A program made the translations under genes and the position numbers. This document shows positions 34,259 to 44,324 of a DNA stretch of 64,000 nucleotides, piece after piece. The notes beneath the pieces were generated by a model. That model was not told where the DNA came from. It searched no databases and saw only the letters and a program-made list of their open reading frames with translations. The first letter of the stretch is position 1. The number at the start of each line of letters is the position of its first letter. Source of the stretch: Gemmatimonadota bacterium (GTDB taxonomy: Bacteria; Gemmatimonadota; Gemmatimonadetes; Longimicrobiales; Gaopeijiaceae); assembly GCA_034521595.1 (NCBI GenBank), contig JAXHMG010000003.1, positions 1 through 64,000 on the forward strand, in the 5' to 3' direction.

Positions 34259-35443
34259 TCATTCCAGGTTGTCGAGCGGACTTCTGAGGGTTTCGAGCGT
34301 CGACTGGGCGACATGGGTGTAGACCTGGGTGGTTCGGGCGCTTTTGTGGCCGAGGAGCTCCTGGATGACCCGGAGGTTGGTGCCGCCCTCGAGGAGGTGG
34401 GTGGCAAAGCTGTGACGGAGGGTGTGGGCCGTCACTCGCTTTTGGAGTCCGGCGGCCTCGGCTGCCTGCTGGACGATGCGTTGGACGGACCGGGTCGTCA
34501 GGTGGCTTTCGGGCGTGCTGCCGGGGAAGAGCCACGGTCCGGTGGGGTAGGCGTCACGGTAGATTTGTACGGCCTCGACTGCGCGCCGTGCCAGCAGGGT
34601 GTACCGGTCCTTGCCGCCCTTGCCGCGGCGTACCCGTAACAGGCCGCGTTCCACGTCGAGGTCTTCGGGGGTGAGGCGGACGAGCTCGCTCACCCGCAGG
34701 CCGGCGCTGTAGAGCAGCATGAGCAGGGCTCGGTGCTTGGAGTTGCGAGGCTTCTGCAGGATGCGGGCGACCTCGTCCGGGGCGAGCACGGTGGGGAGGG
34801 GCCGGTCCTTCCTGGGTCTGGGGATCCGGAGGGCGACTCTGGGCCGACCGAGCACGGATTCGCAGAGGAACCGGAGCGCGCTCACGACCTGATTCTGGTA
34901 GCTCTTCGAGATCCCTTGGCCGCGGACCAGGGAAAGTAGGTACGTCTGAGCCTCTTTCCCCGGGTCGGACGGGAGGCTGGGGACGCCTCCACCGCACCAC
35001 TCCAGGAATCTGCGGATCTGTCCCAGATAAACCTTGCGGGTCTTGGGGCTGTACCCCCGGAGGTCGAGGGCTCTACGGACCCGCTCGAGGATCTCGTCCG
35101 GCGCTTCGGTGGTGGGTGGTCGCGTCGGCTCGTGTCGTCGAACGTCACGCTTTTCGTCGGGATCGGGACGGTCGAGGGAGTCGGTGCCTCCGGGCGGTTC
35201 CGGGGATGGGGCGGTGCGGTCGTCGATGACCCAGACCTGCTTCGGGCCGACCGCGCGTTGGAGCGCGGCGATGGCCGCGTCCGCGTGCGGCGCGCTCCAG
35301 ATGCCGCGGTCCGGTCGGAATTCCCGGCCGGGTAGCGCGCGGACGGCGGCGAGTGCGGGAGCGAAGTGTGAACGCCCCAACTTGATGAGAACGCGGTCTT
35401 CCCCGGGGACGACGCGAACGGTGACGGCGGGATCCGTGGCCAT
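34259..35443 (-). CDS. Tyrosine recombinase/integrase (SAM-like + catalytic domain, N-terminal HARP-like extension), lacks the IntI insertion
   Basis: GLRVSE (R), GKGGKDR (K), HTLRHSFATH (HxxR), LLGH, VYTH (Y), C-terminal SPLD. Confidence 0.95.
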   Translation of the reverse strand: MATDPAVTVRVVPGEDRVLIKLGRSHFAPALAAVRALPGREFRPDRGIWSAPHADAAIAALQRAVGPKQVWVIDDRTAPSPEPPGGTDSLDRPDPDEKRDVRRHEPTRPPTTEAPDEILERVRRALDLRGYSPKTRKVYLGQIRRFLEWCGGGVPSLPSDPGKEAQTYLLSLVRGQGISKSYQNQVVSALRFLCESVLGRPRVALRIPRPRKDRPLPTVLAPDEVARILQKPRNSKHRALLMLLYSAGLRVSELVRLTPEDLDVERGLLRVRRGKGGKDRYTLLARRAVEAVQIYRDAYPTGPWLFPGSTPESHLTTRSVQRIVQQAAEAAGLQKRVTAHTLRHSFATHLLEGGTNLRVIQELLGHKSARTTQVYTHVAQSTLETLRSPLDNLE

Positions 35444-35500
35444 GCCCAAGGAAACCACGGGGTCCGGGGCGGTGGCATGGGGCGATCGGACCGTCGGTGG

Positions 35501-37042
35501 CTACCCGGTGCGCTCGATCTCTGGCCGTCCGGCGTCCAGGCGCCAGCTCGACGCGGTCGTGACAGGGGCTCCCGGGCGGGTGACGTAGTTGACGGTGCGG
35601 TAGTCGGCCGTCCAGGCATCCCCGGTCACGCTGCAGCGCACGTAGCCGCGGCGGCTGTTCTGCCAACGGACGTGGGGGTTGTCGCTCATCGCCTCCCGCA
35701 CGGAGTCGAACATGTCCGCTCCGTCTCCGTTCGAGCTGATCGAGGTGCCGACGAGCTCGGCTCCGATGACGGGGCGGTCGGGGCGGTCGTAGCCGGCGTG
35801 GAGATCGTTGACCCAGTTCGAGTGGCTGTCGCCGGTGAGCACGACGGTCCGGCCCGGCGCTGCGTCGGCGAGGGTCTGGAGCAGTCGGTCCCGGGCCACG
35901 GGGTATCCACTCCACTGATCCATGGATGTGACCACGTCCGAACCGGGGTCACGGTCGAAGGGCGCCATCATGATCTGTTGCGCGAGGACTTGCCAGGTGA
36001 CGCCGTCGCGGCCGAGCTGGCGGGTGAGCCACCGTTCCTGCGCGGTCCCGAGCATGGTCCGCCCCGCGTCGTTCCAGTCGCCGCACGGCACCTCGCGCCT
36101 GCCGTCGCCGCATGCCTGGTCGCTTCGGTACTGGCGCGTGTCGAGCGTGTGGAACGCCGCGGTGCGGCCCCATCGGAAGGAGCGCCAAATGGTGAGGTCG
36201 GCCCAGGAGCCCGGCCGAGGGATGCGCACCGGCTGGTGCTCCCACCAGGCCTGATAGGCGGCGGCCCGGCGGGCGCGCATGCGTTCGACGTCTTCGGGGT
36301 CGTGCTCCCCGACGAGATCGGCGTAGTTGTTGTCGACCTCGTGGTCGTCCCAGGTGACGATCCAGGGGCAGAGGGCGTGCGCGGCTTGCAGCGCGGGATC
36401 CTCCTTGTACTGCGCGTAACGGCGTCGGTAATCCTCGAGGGTGACGATCTCCGGGCCGTGGTGCGCGCGCACCTGGTTCTCCCCGGTCCCGTATTCGTAG
36501 ATGTAGTCGCCGAGATGCGCGACGAGATCGAGGTCCTCGCGGGCCAGGTGCTCGTAGGCGGTGAAGAGCCCCTGCTCGAAGTGCTGGCACGACGCGAACG
36601 CGAGATCGAGCCGGGCGTCCGTGCCGGTGCGGGGCGCGGTGCGGAGGCGTCCGACGGGGCTGTTGCCGTCCGCGAGATGGAAGCGGTAGAAGTACCATCG
36701 GTCGGGCTCGAGACCGTCCACATCGACGTGCACGGAGTATCCGAGCTCGGGCACGGCCGTATGCCGACCTTGCCGAACGACCCGAGCGAAGCCCTCGTCG
36801 CGGGCGACCTCCCAGTCGATGACGGTTCGCGTCCCATCCATGCCGCCGTGCTCCTCGAACGGAGCGGGCGCGAGTCGGGTCCAGATCACGCATCGGTCCG
36901 GGAGGGGGTCGCCGGAACCGACACCGAGTGTGAACGGATCTCCGTCGAGGCGCGGCCGCGACGTCACGCGCCACATGCCGGGCACACCCGCGCAAAGGAC
37001 GGCGTAGCGCGTGAGATCGGCCAGGAAGTTGCGGCGGTCCAT
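35501..37042 (-). CDS. phoD: Alkaline phosphatase D (Tat-exported)
   Basis: DRRNFL Tat motif, FTLGVGSGDP, HLGDYIYE, WDDHEVDNN, LDTRQYR. Confidence 0.95.
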   Translation of the reverse strand: MDRRNFLADLTRYAVLCAGVPGMWRVTSRPRLDGDPFTLGVGSGDPLPDRCVIWTRLAPAPFEEHGGMDGTRTVIDWEVARDEGFARVVRQGRHTAVPELGYSVHVDVDGLEPDRWYFYRFHLADGNSPVGRLRTAPRTGTDARLDLAFASCQHFEQGLFTAYEHLAREDLDLVAHLGDYIYEYGTGENQVRAHHGPEIVTLEDYRRRYAQYKEDPALQAAHALCPWIVTWDDHEVDNNYADLVGEHDPEDVERMRARRAAAYQAWWEHQPVRIPRPGSWADLTIWRSFRWGRTAAFHTLDTRQYRSDQACGDGRREVPCGDWNDAGRTMLGTAQERWLTRQLGRDGVTWQVLAQQIMMAPFDRDPGSDVVTSMDQWSGYPVARDRLLQTLADAAPGRTVVLTGDSHSNWVNDLHAGYDRPDRPVIGAELVGTSISSNGDGADMFDSVREAMSDNPHVRWQNSRRGYVRCSVTGDAWTADYRTVNYVTRPGAPVTTASSWRLDAGRPEIERTG

Positions 37043-37093
37043 GGGAGCCTCCTTGCAGTCGAGGAGAGGAGTGGGCTGTGGTACCCCGCGACC

Positions 37094-37477
37094 CTACGTC
37101 TCCGGCGGCTTCGTCGGCTTGGTCCAGATGAAGGTCAGCCCCCAGACGACCAGCACGACGGTGAGCCCCTTGGTCCATCGGGGTGCGGCGCTGAACAGGA
37201 TCATGTAGCCCACCAGCGGCACGATGGTGGCCGTCGCGAGGATCTTGGCGCGGAGGCGGATGACGTGGTGCCGCTCCCAATCCCGGATCATCGGGCCGAA
37301 GCGGGGGTGCTCGAGCAGCCGTGTGTGCAGCCGCTTCGAGCCCTTCGAGAAGCACCAGGCCGCGACCAGCACGAGAGGCGTGGTGGGGATGACGGGCAGG
37401 AACGCCCCGACGATGCCGAGTCCGAGCGCGGCCCATCCGCCGGCGATCCACGCCCAGCGGGTCGTGCGCGTGCCCAT
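37094..37477 (-). CDS. YbaN/DUF454 family membrane protein
   Basis: LGIVGAFLPVIPTTPLVLVAAWCFSKGS..HPRFGP. Confidence 0.9.
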   Translation of the reverse strand: MGTRTTRWAWIAGGWAALGLGIVGAFLPVIPTTPLVLVAAWCFSKGSKRLHTRLLEHPRFGPMIRDWERHHVIRLRAKILATATIVPLVGYMILFSAAPRWTKGLTVVLVVWGLTFIWTKPTKPPET

Positions 37478-37567
37478 GCCTCCGAAGCGCCCTCTCCGGG
37501 ACTCGAGCGGAGGGCTCGGGGATGCGCGTGAGCGTGGCGTGTTCGAGTCGGGCACCATGTCCGTATA

Positions 37568-38221
37568 CTAGCTTCCGCGCTCCTCCAGCACATTCGCGAT
37601 CTCGTCGAACCCGACGCCCGCCGCTCGGGCCGCGACGAGGACGTGGTAGACGAGGTCGGCGGCTTCCTCGGGGATGCGGTCCGCCTCGTTCTTGGCAAGG
37701 GCGGTCACGAGCTCCGCGCACTCTTCCCCGAGCTTCTTGAGGCGGAGGTTCTCGTCGGTGAGGAGCTTCACGGTGTAGCTGCCCTCGGGACGCTGGGCGG
37801 CGCGGTCGGCGAGGACGGCGTCGAGGCGGGCGAGGACGGACTCGGCGGGCGGTGAGCCCGGCTGAGCGGACGCCGGCCCGGAACCTTCTCCGAAGCAGGT
37901 CGCTTCCCCGGTGTGGCAGGCCGGTCCCTCCTGCCGCACGACGGCGAGCACCGTATCCGCGTCGCAGTCGCCGTGCAGGCTCACGACGTGCTGCACGTGG
38001 CCGGACGTATCGCCTTTGCGCCAGATCTCGCTGCGCGAGCGGGACCAGTAGTGCATGCGTCCGGAATCGAGCGAGCGCGCGAGCGCGTCGCGGTTGGCGT
38101 AGGCGACCATCAGCACCGCGCCGGTGCGGGCGTCCTGGGCCACGACGGGCACCAGGCCGTCCGCCTTGTCGAAGTCGATGGCGTCGAGGTCTGCGGGGGT
38201 GCGGAGCGTTCGGTCGGTCAT
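37568..38221 (-). CDS. hisIE: Bifunctional phosphoribosyl-AMP cyclohydrolase/phosphoribosyl-ATP pyrophosphatase
   Basis: [42 protein letters not shown]. Confidence 0.95.
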   Translation of the reverse strand: MTDRTLRTPADLDAIDFDKADGLVPVVAQDARTGAVLMVAYANRDALARSLDSGRMHYWSRSRSEIWRKGDTSGHVQHVVSLHGDCDADTVLAVVRQEGPACHTGEATCFGEGSGPASAQPGSPPAESVLARLDAVLADRAAQRPEGSYTVKLLTDENLRLKKLGEECAELVTALAKNEADRIPEEAADLVYHVLVAARAAGVGFDEIANVLEERGS

Positions 38222-39090
38222 GGTTGCTCTTCGCGTTGATCTTCGATGGGGTGTCGGGATGGGGTCGTGAGGTCGGGGCCGTCGCGAAACCACGCCATGC
38301 GTCGGATGGCGGGCAAGTCGACACGGCCGCCGCGGGGCACGGCGAGGAGGTCGGGATCCTCGTACCACGGTTCGTCGAGCAGATCCATGAATACGGGGAG
38401 GTGGGTCGAGCCGACCACCCGGTAGTCGAACGAGCGCAGGAATCCGAGGCACGCGCGGAGCTCCCGGGCCGAGTGTACGGACAGCAGAGCGAGAGGGACC
38501 CGAGCTTCCCGTGCCCGGAGCGAGGTGAGGAGGCTTCGGGCGCCGGCGAGCACCCGTCCTTCGGCGCCCTCGACGTCGATCTTGAGAAACGTGGGGGCGG
38601 CGAGGCCGTCGTCGTCGACGAGGCTCGAGATGGTGCGCACCTCCACCGCTTCGGTCCCGCCGCCCAACCTGTGGCTCACGGACGAACCGGCGCCTCCGAA
38701 GTCCGCGGTGCCGTCGAAGTCGGCCAGCGCGGCGGGATGCACGGCTACCCGATCGGCTCGGTTCCAGCGCAGGTGTTGGTGGAGGTAGCGGCGGTTCTCG
38801 GCGGAAGGCTCGAACGCACGGACGGCGCCGGCGCTTCCGACCACCCCCTCCGCGACCAGCGCGGCATAGCCCCGATGCGCGCCGACGTCCCAGAAGACGT
38901 CGTCCTCCCGGAGCAGGCTCTCGAGGGCTTCGAAGCGGTCCCGCTCGTAGCGGCCGGACCAGACGCCCCGACCGCTCGCCGCGAGGCTCCACCGGCGCCC
39001 GGCGTTCGGTCCGTTGCGGATCCGCACGGGCACGCTCCGGATGGGGAACGACACCCACCGGCGCATCGGAACCGGGAGCCTCAGCGCCAC
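38218..39090 (-). CDS. FkbM-family methyltransferase
   Basis: [23 protein letters not shown]. Confidence 0.9.
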   Translation of the reverse strand: MALRLPVPMRRWVSFPIRSVPVRIRNGPNAGRRWSLAASGRGVWSGRYERDRFEALESLLREDDVFWDVGAHRGYAALVAEGVVGSAGAVRAFEPSAENRRYLHQHLRWNRADRVAVHPAALADFDGTADFGGAGSSVSHRLGGGTEAVEVRTISSLVDDDGLAAPTFLKIDVEGAEGRVLAGARSLLTSLRAREARVPLALLSVHSARELRACLGFLRSFDYRVVGSTHLPVFMDLLDEPWYEDPDLLAVPRGGRVDLPAIRRMAWFRDGPDLTTPSRHPIEDQREEQP

Positions 39091-39136
39091 GGCGACGCGG
39101 TCTTCGGGTGCTCACCCGGCGGGCGCACGCGAAACC

Positions 39137-39907
39137 TCACTCCGGCACGGCTGGACGCACGTTGATCTTCCAGTCCGTGAGCGCGGCCTTGAGCGCGCCG
39201 ACGGTGGTGAGACCGTCGTGCAGGATGCCGGCGACGAGCGCGGCGGAGGCGTGTCCCTCCTTGAAGGCGTCGCGGAGGTGCTCGGCGCGGCCGGCACCAC
39301 CCGAGGCGATGACGGGGACGGGCACGGAGTCGGCGACCGCCCGGGTGAGCTCGAGCTCGTACCCGCTGCGCGCCCCGTCCTGGTCGATGGAGGTGAGGAG
39401 GATCTCGCCGGCGCCCCGCTCCTCGAGCTCGGCGGCCCACGAGACCGCTTCGAGCTCGGTGGGCTTCGAGCCGCCGTGCGTGTAGCAACGCCAGCTTCCT
39501 CCTTCCTCGCGGGCCGCGTCGATGCTGGCCACGACGCACTGGCTGCCGAAGCGCTCGGCTCCGAGGGAGACGAGCTCGGGATCGCGCACGGCGGCGCTGT
39601 TCACGCTGATCTTGTCCGCGCCGGCGCGCAGCAGGGGGCCGATGTCGTCGGCGGAGCGCACCCCGCCCCCGACCGTCAGCGGGATGAAGAGCCGCTCGGC
39701 GGTCCTGCGCACCACGTCCAGGAGCGTACCCCGGTCCTCCTTGGAGGCGCTCACGTCGAGGAAGACGATCTCGTCGGCGCCCTCCTGCTCGTAGCGCTCC
39801 GCCAGCGCGACGGGGTCGCCCACGTCGCGGAGGTTCTTGAACTGCGTGCCCTTCACGACGCGGCCGTCCTTCACGTCGAGGCAGACGATGACGCGTGGAC
39901 GGAGCAT
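39137..39907 (-). CDS. hisF: Imidazole glycerol phosphate synthase cyclase subunit
   Basis: MLRPRVIVCLDVKDGRVVKG..GADEIVFLDVSAS. Confidence 0.96.
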   Translation of the reverse strand: MLRPRVIVCLDVKDGRVVKGTQFKNLRDVGDPVALAERYEQEGADEIVFLDVSASKEDRGTLLDVVRRTAERLFIPLTVGGGVRSADDIGPLLRAGADKISVNSAAVRDPELVSLGAERFGSQCVVASIDAAREEGGSWRCYTHGGSKPTELEAVSWAAELEERGAGEILLTSIDQDGARSGYELELTRAVADSVPVPVIASGGAGRAEHLRDAFKEGHASAALVAGILHDGLTTVGALKAALTDWKINVRPAVPE

Positions 39908-40446
39908 CAGTCGATCCGCTCCACGGCGACGGCGCCTTTGGTGCTGAAGACGCGCTCGCCTTCGACGAGTGCTTGCCGCAGGGCGAGGCCCGTGGCTTTC
40001 ACTCCCGCCTCGACCATGTGGTGCTTGTCCTCGCCGCGGATCACGCGTACGTGCAGGGTCGCACCGAGGTTCACGGCGAGCGACTGCAGGAAGTGCTCGT
40101 AGAGGCGCGACGGGAGCGGGCCCACGTAGTAGGGCCGTCCGCCCACGTCGACGGCGGCCTCGACGAGGGCCTCGTCCATGGGCACCTGGGCCCACCCGTA
40201 GCGGGTGGCTCGCGCGGGAACCTCGTCCCGGAGCGCTTGCCCGAGTGTGATCGCCACGTCTTCGATGAGGTGGTGACGCAGGTCGCCGGTGGCCTCGAGC
40301 TCGATGACGAGGCCGGCGTAGCGGGCGAGCGTCTCGACCATGTGCCCGAGGAACCGGTCCTCGACGCGCACGGTGGCTTCACCCGTGCCGCGGCTCACGT
40401 TTAGGATGATGTGGGTCTCGCGGGTTTCCCGCTTCAGCTTGCTCAT
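39907..40446 (-). CDS. hisB: Imidazoleglycerol-phosphate dehydratase
   Basis: RETRET, HHLIED, VPMDEAL, HHMVEA. Confidence 0.95.
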   Translation of the reverse strand: MSKLKRETRETHIILNVSRGTGEATVRVEDRFLGHMVETLARYAGLVIELEATGDLRHHLIEDVAITLGQALRDEVPARATRYGWAQVPMDEALVEAAVDVGGRPYYVGPLPSRLYEHFLQSLAVNLGATLHVRVIRGEDKHHMVEAGVKATGLALRQALVEGERVFSTKGAVAVERID

Positions 40447-41204
40447 CGCTTCTCCTTGCTGCCGCCGGTGGTGTCGGTCGTGGGCTCGGTGCGCCCGCCC
40501 CATCGCGGCGCGACCACGTCGGGGTCGAGCGTCTCCGTGTAGAGAGCCATGCCGAGCACGGCGCCCGTGGCCCCTCGGTCTTCCAGGTACTCCAGCTCGC
40601 TCATGGTGGTCACGCCGCCCGAGATCCATGTCGGATGCGGGCACGCCTCGATCACCCGGCCCACCGAAGCGCGGTCGATCCCCTCCATCTTTCCCTCCCG
40701 ACCCACGTCCGTCGACAGGACGCCGGCCAAGGGCAAGCTCGCGACGTTCCCGAGAAAGCGCTCGACTTCGATGCCGGTGTCTTCCGTCCAGCCCTTGCGG
40801 AGCACGCGTCCGGCCCGGGTGTCGAGCGCGATCATGATCCGGCCCGGGTTGCGCTCGGCTTCGGTCGCGAGCCAGTCCGGCTCGTCGATCGCCTTGGTGC
40901 CGACGATCACCCGGTCGGCTCCTGCGGCGAGGAGCGCGTCGATCCGCGCGCCGTCCCTCACGCCCCCGCCGACCTGGGTCGTGGCGGCGGTGGCGCCGAG
41001 CAGCTTCTCGAGCACCGCCAGGTGGTCGCCGTGGCCGAGGGCGGCGTCGAGGTCGACGAGGTGCAGCGTCCCGAATCCCAGCGACCACCACCGCTCGGCG
41101 ACGGCCACGGGGTCGGGCAGCGAAACGCGCTCGTCCTCGGGGCGCCCGCCCACGAGCTGCACGCAGCGGCCCCCGCGAAGGTCCACGGCGGGTGCGGCGA
41201 TCAT
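40443..41204 (-). CDS. hisA: ProFAR isomerase
   Basis: PAVDLRGGRCVQLVGG, HLVDLDAA, QVGGGVR. Confidence 0.95.
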   Translation of the reverse strand: MIAAPAVDLRGGRCVQLVGGRPEDERVSLPDPVAVAERWWSLGFGTLHLVDLDAALGHGDHLAVLEKLLGATAATTQVGGGVRDGARIDALLAAGADRVIVGTKAIDEPDWLATEAERNPGRIMIALDTRAGRVLRKGWTEDTGIEVERFLGNVASLPLAGVLSTDVGREGKMEGIDRASVGRVIEACPHPTWISGGVTTMSELEYLEDRGATGAVLGMALYTETLDPDVVAPRWGGRTEPTTDTTGGSKEKR

Positions 41205-41824
41205 CGGTGGGCTCCCGCGCCCGCCGCGCGCTGCTCGACCTGGGCGACGAAGTTCCAGATGATCCGGCGGCCGGCGTGTGAGCTCTTCTCGGGGTGGAAC
41301 TGGAGGCCCCAGGTGTTGCCCACACGCACTCCCGAAGCGTATCGCTTGCCCCCGTACTCCGACCAGGCGATCGCGTGCCGGGGATTCGCGGGGACGCAGA
41401 TATAGGAGTTGGCGTAGTAGGCCACGAGCGGACCCACACCCTCGAAGATCGGGTCGGCCGCGGTCTCCACGTCGTTCCAGCCCATCTGCGGGACGATGGG
41501 CGCGTCGATCACCTCGACCCGGCCGGGCACCCGTCCGATCCCGTCGCCCTCCGACTCGTCCGACGCGTCGAAGAGGAGCTGCATCCCCAGGCAGATACCG
41601 AGGCACGGCAGGCCCTCGTCGAGCGCTTCGCGGATCGGTCGGCGGTCGGCGGGCAGAGAGGCGGCCGCGTGGCCGAACGCGCCCACGCCGGGGAGCACGA
41701 GCGCGTCCCGGTCGAGGGCTTCGTCCCAGTCGTCGGTCATGGCCACCTCGGCCCCGGCGGCCTCGAGCGCCTTGCCGAGCGAGTGCATGTTGCCGGCTCC
41801 ATAGTCGTACAGGGCGATCTTCAT
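41201..41824 (-). CDS. hisH: Imidazole glycerol phosphate synthase glutamine amidotransferase subunit
   Basis: DYGAGN, LPGVGAF, GICLGMQ, QFHPEKS. Confidence 0.95.
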   Translation of the reverse strand: MKIALYDYGAGNMHSLGKALEAAGAEVAMTDDWDEALDRDALVLPGVGAFGHAAASLPADRRPIREALDEGLPCLGICLGMQLLFDASDESEGDGIGRVPGRVEVIDAPIVPQMGWNDVETAADPIFEGVGPLVAYYANSYICVPANPRHAIAWSEYGGKRYASGVRVGNTWGLQFHPEKSSHAGRRIIWNFVAQVEQRAAGAGAHR

Positions 41825-42969
41825 CGGGGGTCGCGCTCGCGCGATGGGTCGGAGGAAGGGGACGAAGGGACGGCCTCCCGCACGGCGTCGAGCGCGTCGA
41901 GGAACCGTTCCATGAGCCTCCACGGGCCGATCGTCACGCGCAAGCCTTCGCCCATCCCGGCGATCCCGGTGAAGGGCCGCACGCCGATGCCGTGCTGGCG
42001 CAGCGCGCGGACGTCCTTGGTGGCCGCTCCGCTCGGAGCGGGGAAGAGGATGAAGTTCGCTTGGGACGGGACCGGGTCGAGGCCGCGGGAGGCGAGCTCG
42101 GCGTGCAGACGCTCGCGGTTCGTCCGTGCTTCCTCGACGATTCCGGCCATCCAGCCCTCCTCGTCCCGCACGGCGGCGGCGACCGCCTCGGCCGTGAGCC
42201 GGGCGACCTTGAAGGGGCCCCGAGACTTCTCGATCTCGAGCGCAGTCTCGGGGGTGGCGATGCCGAAGCCGCAGCGCAGCCCCGCCAGCCCGTACGCCTT
42301 CGAGGCCGTGCGCGCCACGAGCAGGCCGGGAGTCTCGGCGCCCCGCGCGATCCACGTGTCCTCGGCGAAGTCCGCATACGCTTCGTCGAGAATGACGAGC
42401 GGGGCTGAGGTCGTGCCCGGAGCCCCGGCGGACTCGGGCACGCTCGCCGACCGCTCACCCACCAGATCGAGCAGCGCCTCCAGCCAGCTCGCCGGAGCGA
42501 CCTCCCCGGTCGGGTTGTTCGGGCGACACACGTAGACGACGGCCGGGTCGTGCTCGAGCAGGGCGGCCGGATCCTCGAGGGCCCGCGTCCACGGAACCGG
42601 GTGCGGGCCCATGCCGTTCATGCGCGCGAGCGGCTCGACCATGGAGAACGTGGGGCTCGCGTATGCCACCACCGTGCCCGGTCCGGAAGCGGCGCGGAAC
42701 GCCGAGTCGAGCACGTCGTCCGATCCGGCGCCGGTGGTGACGCACTCGGCCGGCACGTCGAAGCGCCGGGCGACGGCGTTCCGCAGCACGTCGGCGTAGA
42801 GCTCGGGATAGCGGGCCAGGTCGTCGGTCTCGGCCGCACGGATGCGGGCGAGTGCGGCGGGATGCGTGCCCCACAGGTTGGTGTTGTCGCTCAGGTCGAG
42901 CGCGACCGGCTCGCGGTCGGGCTCGTAGCGGGTGAGCGCGCGGTAGTCGTCGCGGGGGAAGGGGCTCAT
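41821..42969 (-). CDS. hisC: Histidinol-phosphate aminotransferase
   Basis: GAGSDD, PNNPTG, DEAYADF, RTASKAYGLAGLRCG. Confidence 0.93.
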   Translation of the reverse strand: MSPFPRDDYRALTRYEPDREPVALDLSDNTNLWGTHPAALARIRAAETDDLARYPELYADVLRNAVARRFDVPAECVTTGAGSDDVLDSAFRAASGPGTVVAYASPTFSMVEPLARMNGMGPHPVPWTRALEDPAALLEHDPAVVYVCRPNNPTGEVAPASWLEALLDLVGERSASVPESAGAPGTTSAPLVILDEAYADFAEDTWIARGAETPGLLVARTASKAYGLAGLRCGFGIATPETALEIEKSRGPFKVARLTAEAVAAAVRDEEGWMAGIVEEARTNRERLHAELASRGLDPVPSQANFILFPAPSGAATKDVRALRQHGIGVRPFTGIAGMGEGLRVTIGPWRLMERFLDALDAVREAVPSSPSSDPSRERDPR

Positions 42970-44324
42970 CGCTCGGGTCCTCCGCGCTCGGGCGCTTCGC
43001 CTTCGCCGGCTCCCCGGCCGTGCTCCGTCCGCCGAGCGAGCGCTGCCGCCGCGTGCGCGTAGAGCCCCTCGGCTTCGGCGAGCAGGGCCACGTCGCCCGC
43101 GAGCGCCTCGGCTCCCTCCCGGTCGATCTCCTGGAGGGTGAACGAGCGGAGGAAGTGCTGGGTGGAGAGACCGGAGAAGCTCCTGGCCCGACCGGACGTG
43201 GGGAGCACGTGGTTGCCGCCGGTCATGTAGTCCCCGTATGCGACCGAGGCCCACTCGCCGACGAAGGTGGTGCCGGCGGTGGGGACCCGGCGGGCCACGG
43301 CCGCCGCGTCGCGCGTCATGACGGAGAGGTGCTCGGGCGCGTACCGCACCGTGAAGTCGATCGCCGCCTCGAGGCTCTCGGTGGTGAGCACGGCTCCGGC
43401 CGCGGCGAGCGCTTGCCGGCAAATGTCGGCGCGCGGCGTTTCCGCGAGCTGGCGAGCGAGCGCCTCCTCGGCTTCCCGGGCGACGCGCTCGGACGGCGTC
43501 ACGAGGACCGAAGCGGCGTCCGGATCGTGCTCGGCCTGGGCGAGGAGCTCCGTGGCCACGAGCCACGGGTCCGCGTCGCCGTCGGCGAGGACCAGGACCT
43601 CCGAAGGGCCGGCCGGCGAGTCGATGATAACGTCGCCGGCGACCTGGCGCTTGGCTTCCGTCATCCAGCGGTTCCCGGGACCGACGATCGCGTCGACCCT
43701 GGGCACGCTCTCGGTGCCGAACGCGAGCGCGGCCACCGCCCCGGCCCCACCCAACGCGAAGAGCCGATCGGCGCCCGCGATGGCGCACGCCGCGAGCACC
43801 TCGGCGGGTGGGCGGCCGTCCGGCCCGGGTGGCGAGCAGACGACGACCTCCCGGACGCCCGCGGCGCGGGCGGGCACGACGCCCATGAGCACCGAGCTGG
43901 GATAGGCCGCCCGTCCGCCGGGCGCGTACACGCCGGCGCGGTCCACCGCCGTGGAGACCCGCGTCACCCGCACGCCGGGCTCCACCTCGACGGTGACCTC
44001 GTCGGGGACCTGCGCGGCGTGGAAAGCGTGGATGTTGTGGGCCGCCCGCTCGAGCGCCGCCCGCACGGGTGCCGAGAGCCCGGCGAGGGCGTCGTCCCAG
44101 GCTTCCCGCGGCACTTCGAGCGCGTCGAGCACGACCCCGTCGAAGCGCTGCGCCATGTCGTGGAGCTCGGCGTCGCCACGACTCCGGACTTCTCGGATGA
44201 GGCCGGCGACGAGGTCCTTCACGCGGCCGTCGTCGCCGAGGTCGCGCTCGAGGAGTGCTGTGAGAGACTCCTCGTCCAGCTCCGCAAGCGGACCGCGCGC
44301 GAAGAGGTCGACGCCGGCGCTCAC
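42966..44324 (-). CDS. hisD: Histidinol dehydrogenase
   Basis: YAPGGRAAYPSSVLM, IDSPAGPSE, QAEHD, APEHL, GGNHVLPT. Confidence 0.96.
   Translation of the reverse strand: MSAGVDLFARGPLAELDEESLTALLERDLGDDGRVKDLVAGLIREVRSRGDAELHDMAQRFDGVVLDALEVPREAWDDALAGLSAPVRAALERAAHNIHAFHAAQVPDEVTVEVEPGVRVTRVSTAVDRAGVYAPGGRAAYPSSVLMGVVPARAAGVREVVVCSPPGPDGRPPAEVLAACAIAGADRLFALGGAGAVAALAFGTESVPRVDAIVGPGNRWMTEAKRQVAGDVIIDSPAGPSEVLVLADGDADPWLVATELLAQAEHDPDAASVLVTPSERVAREAEEALARQLAETPRADICRQALAAAGAVLTTESLEAAIDFTVRYAPEHLSVMTRDAAAVARRVPTAGTTFVGEWASVAYGDYMTGGNHVLPTSGRARSFSGLSTQHFLRSFTLQEIDREGAEALAGDVALLAEAEGLYAHAAAALARRTEHGRGAGEGEAPERGGPER

Noticed and set aside
34259-35443. Calling the recombinase intI or xerC/xerD
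   Set aside because: It lacks the IntI-specific insertion; the N-terminal extension, SPLD tail and context do not fit XerC/D, so no symbol is given.
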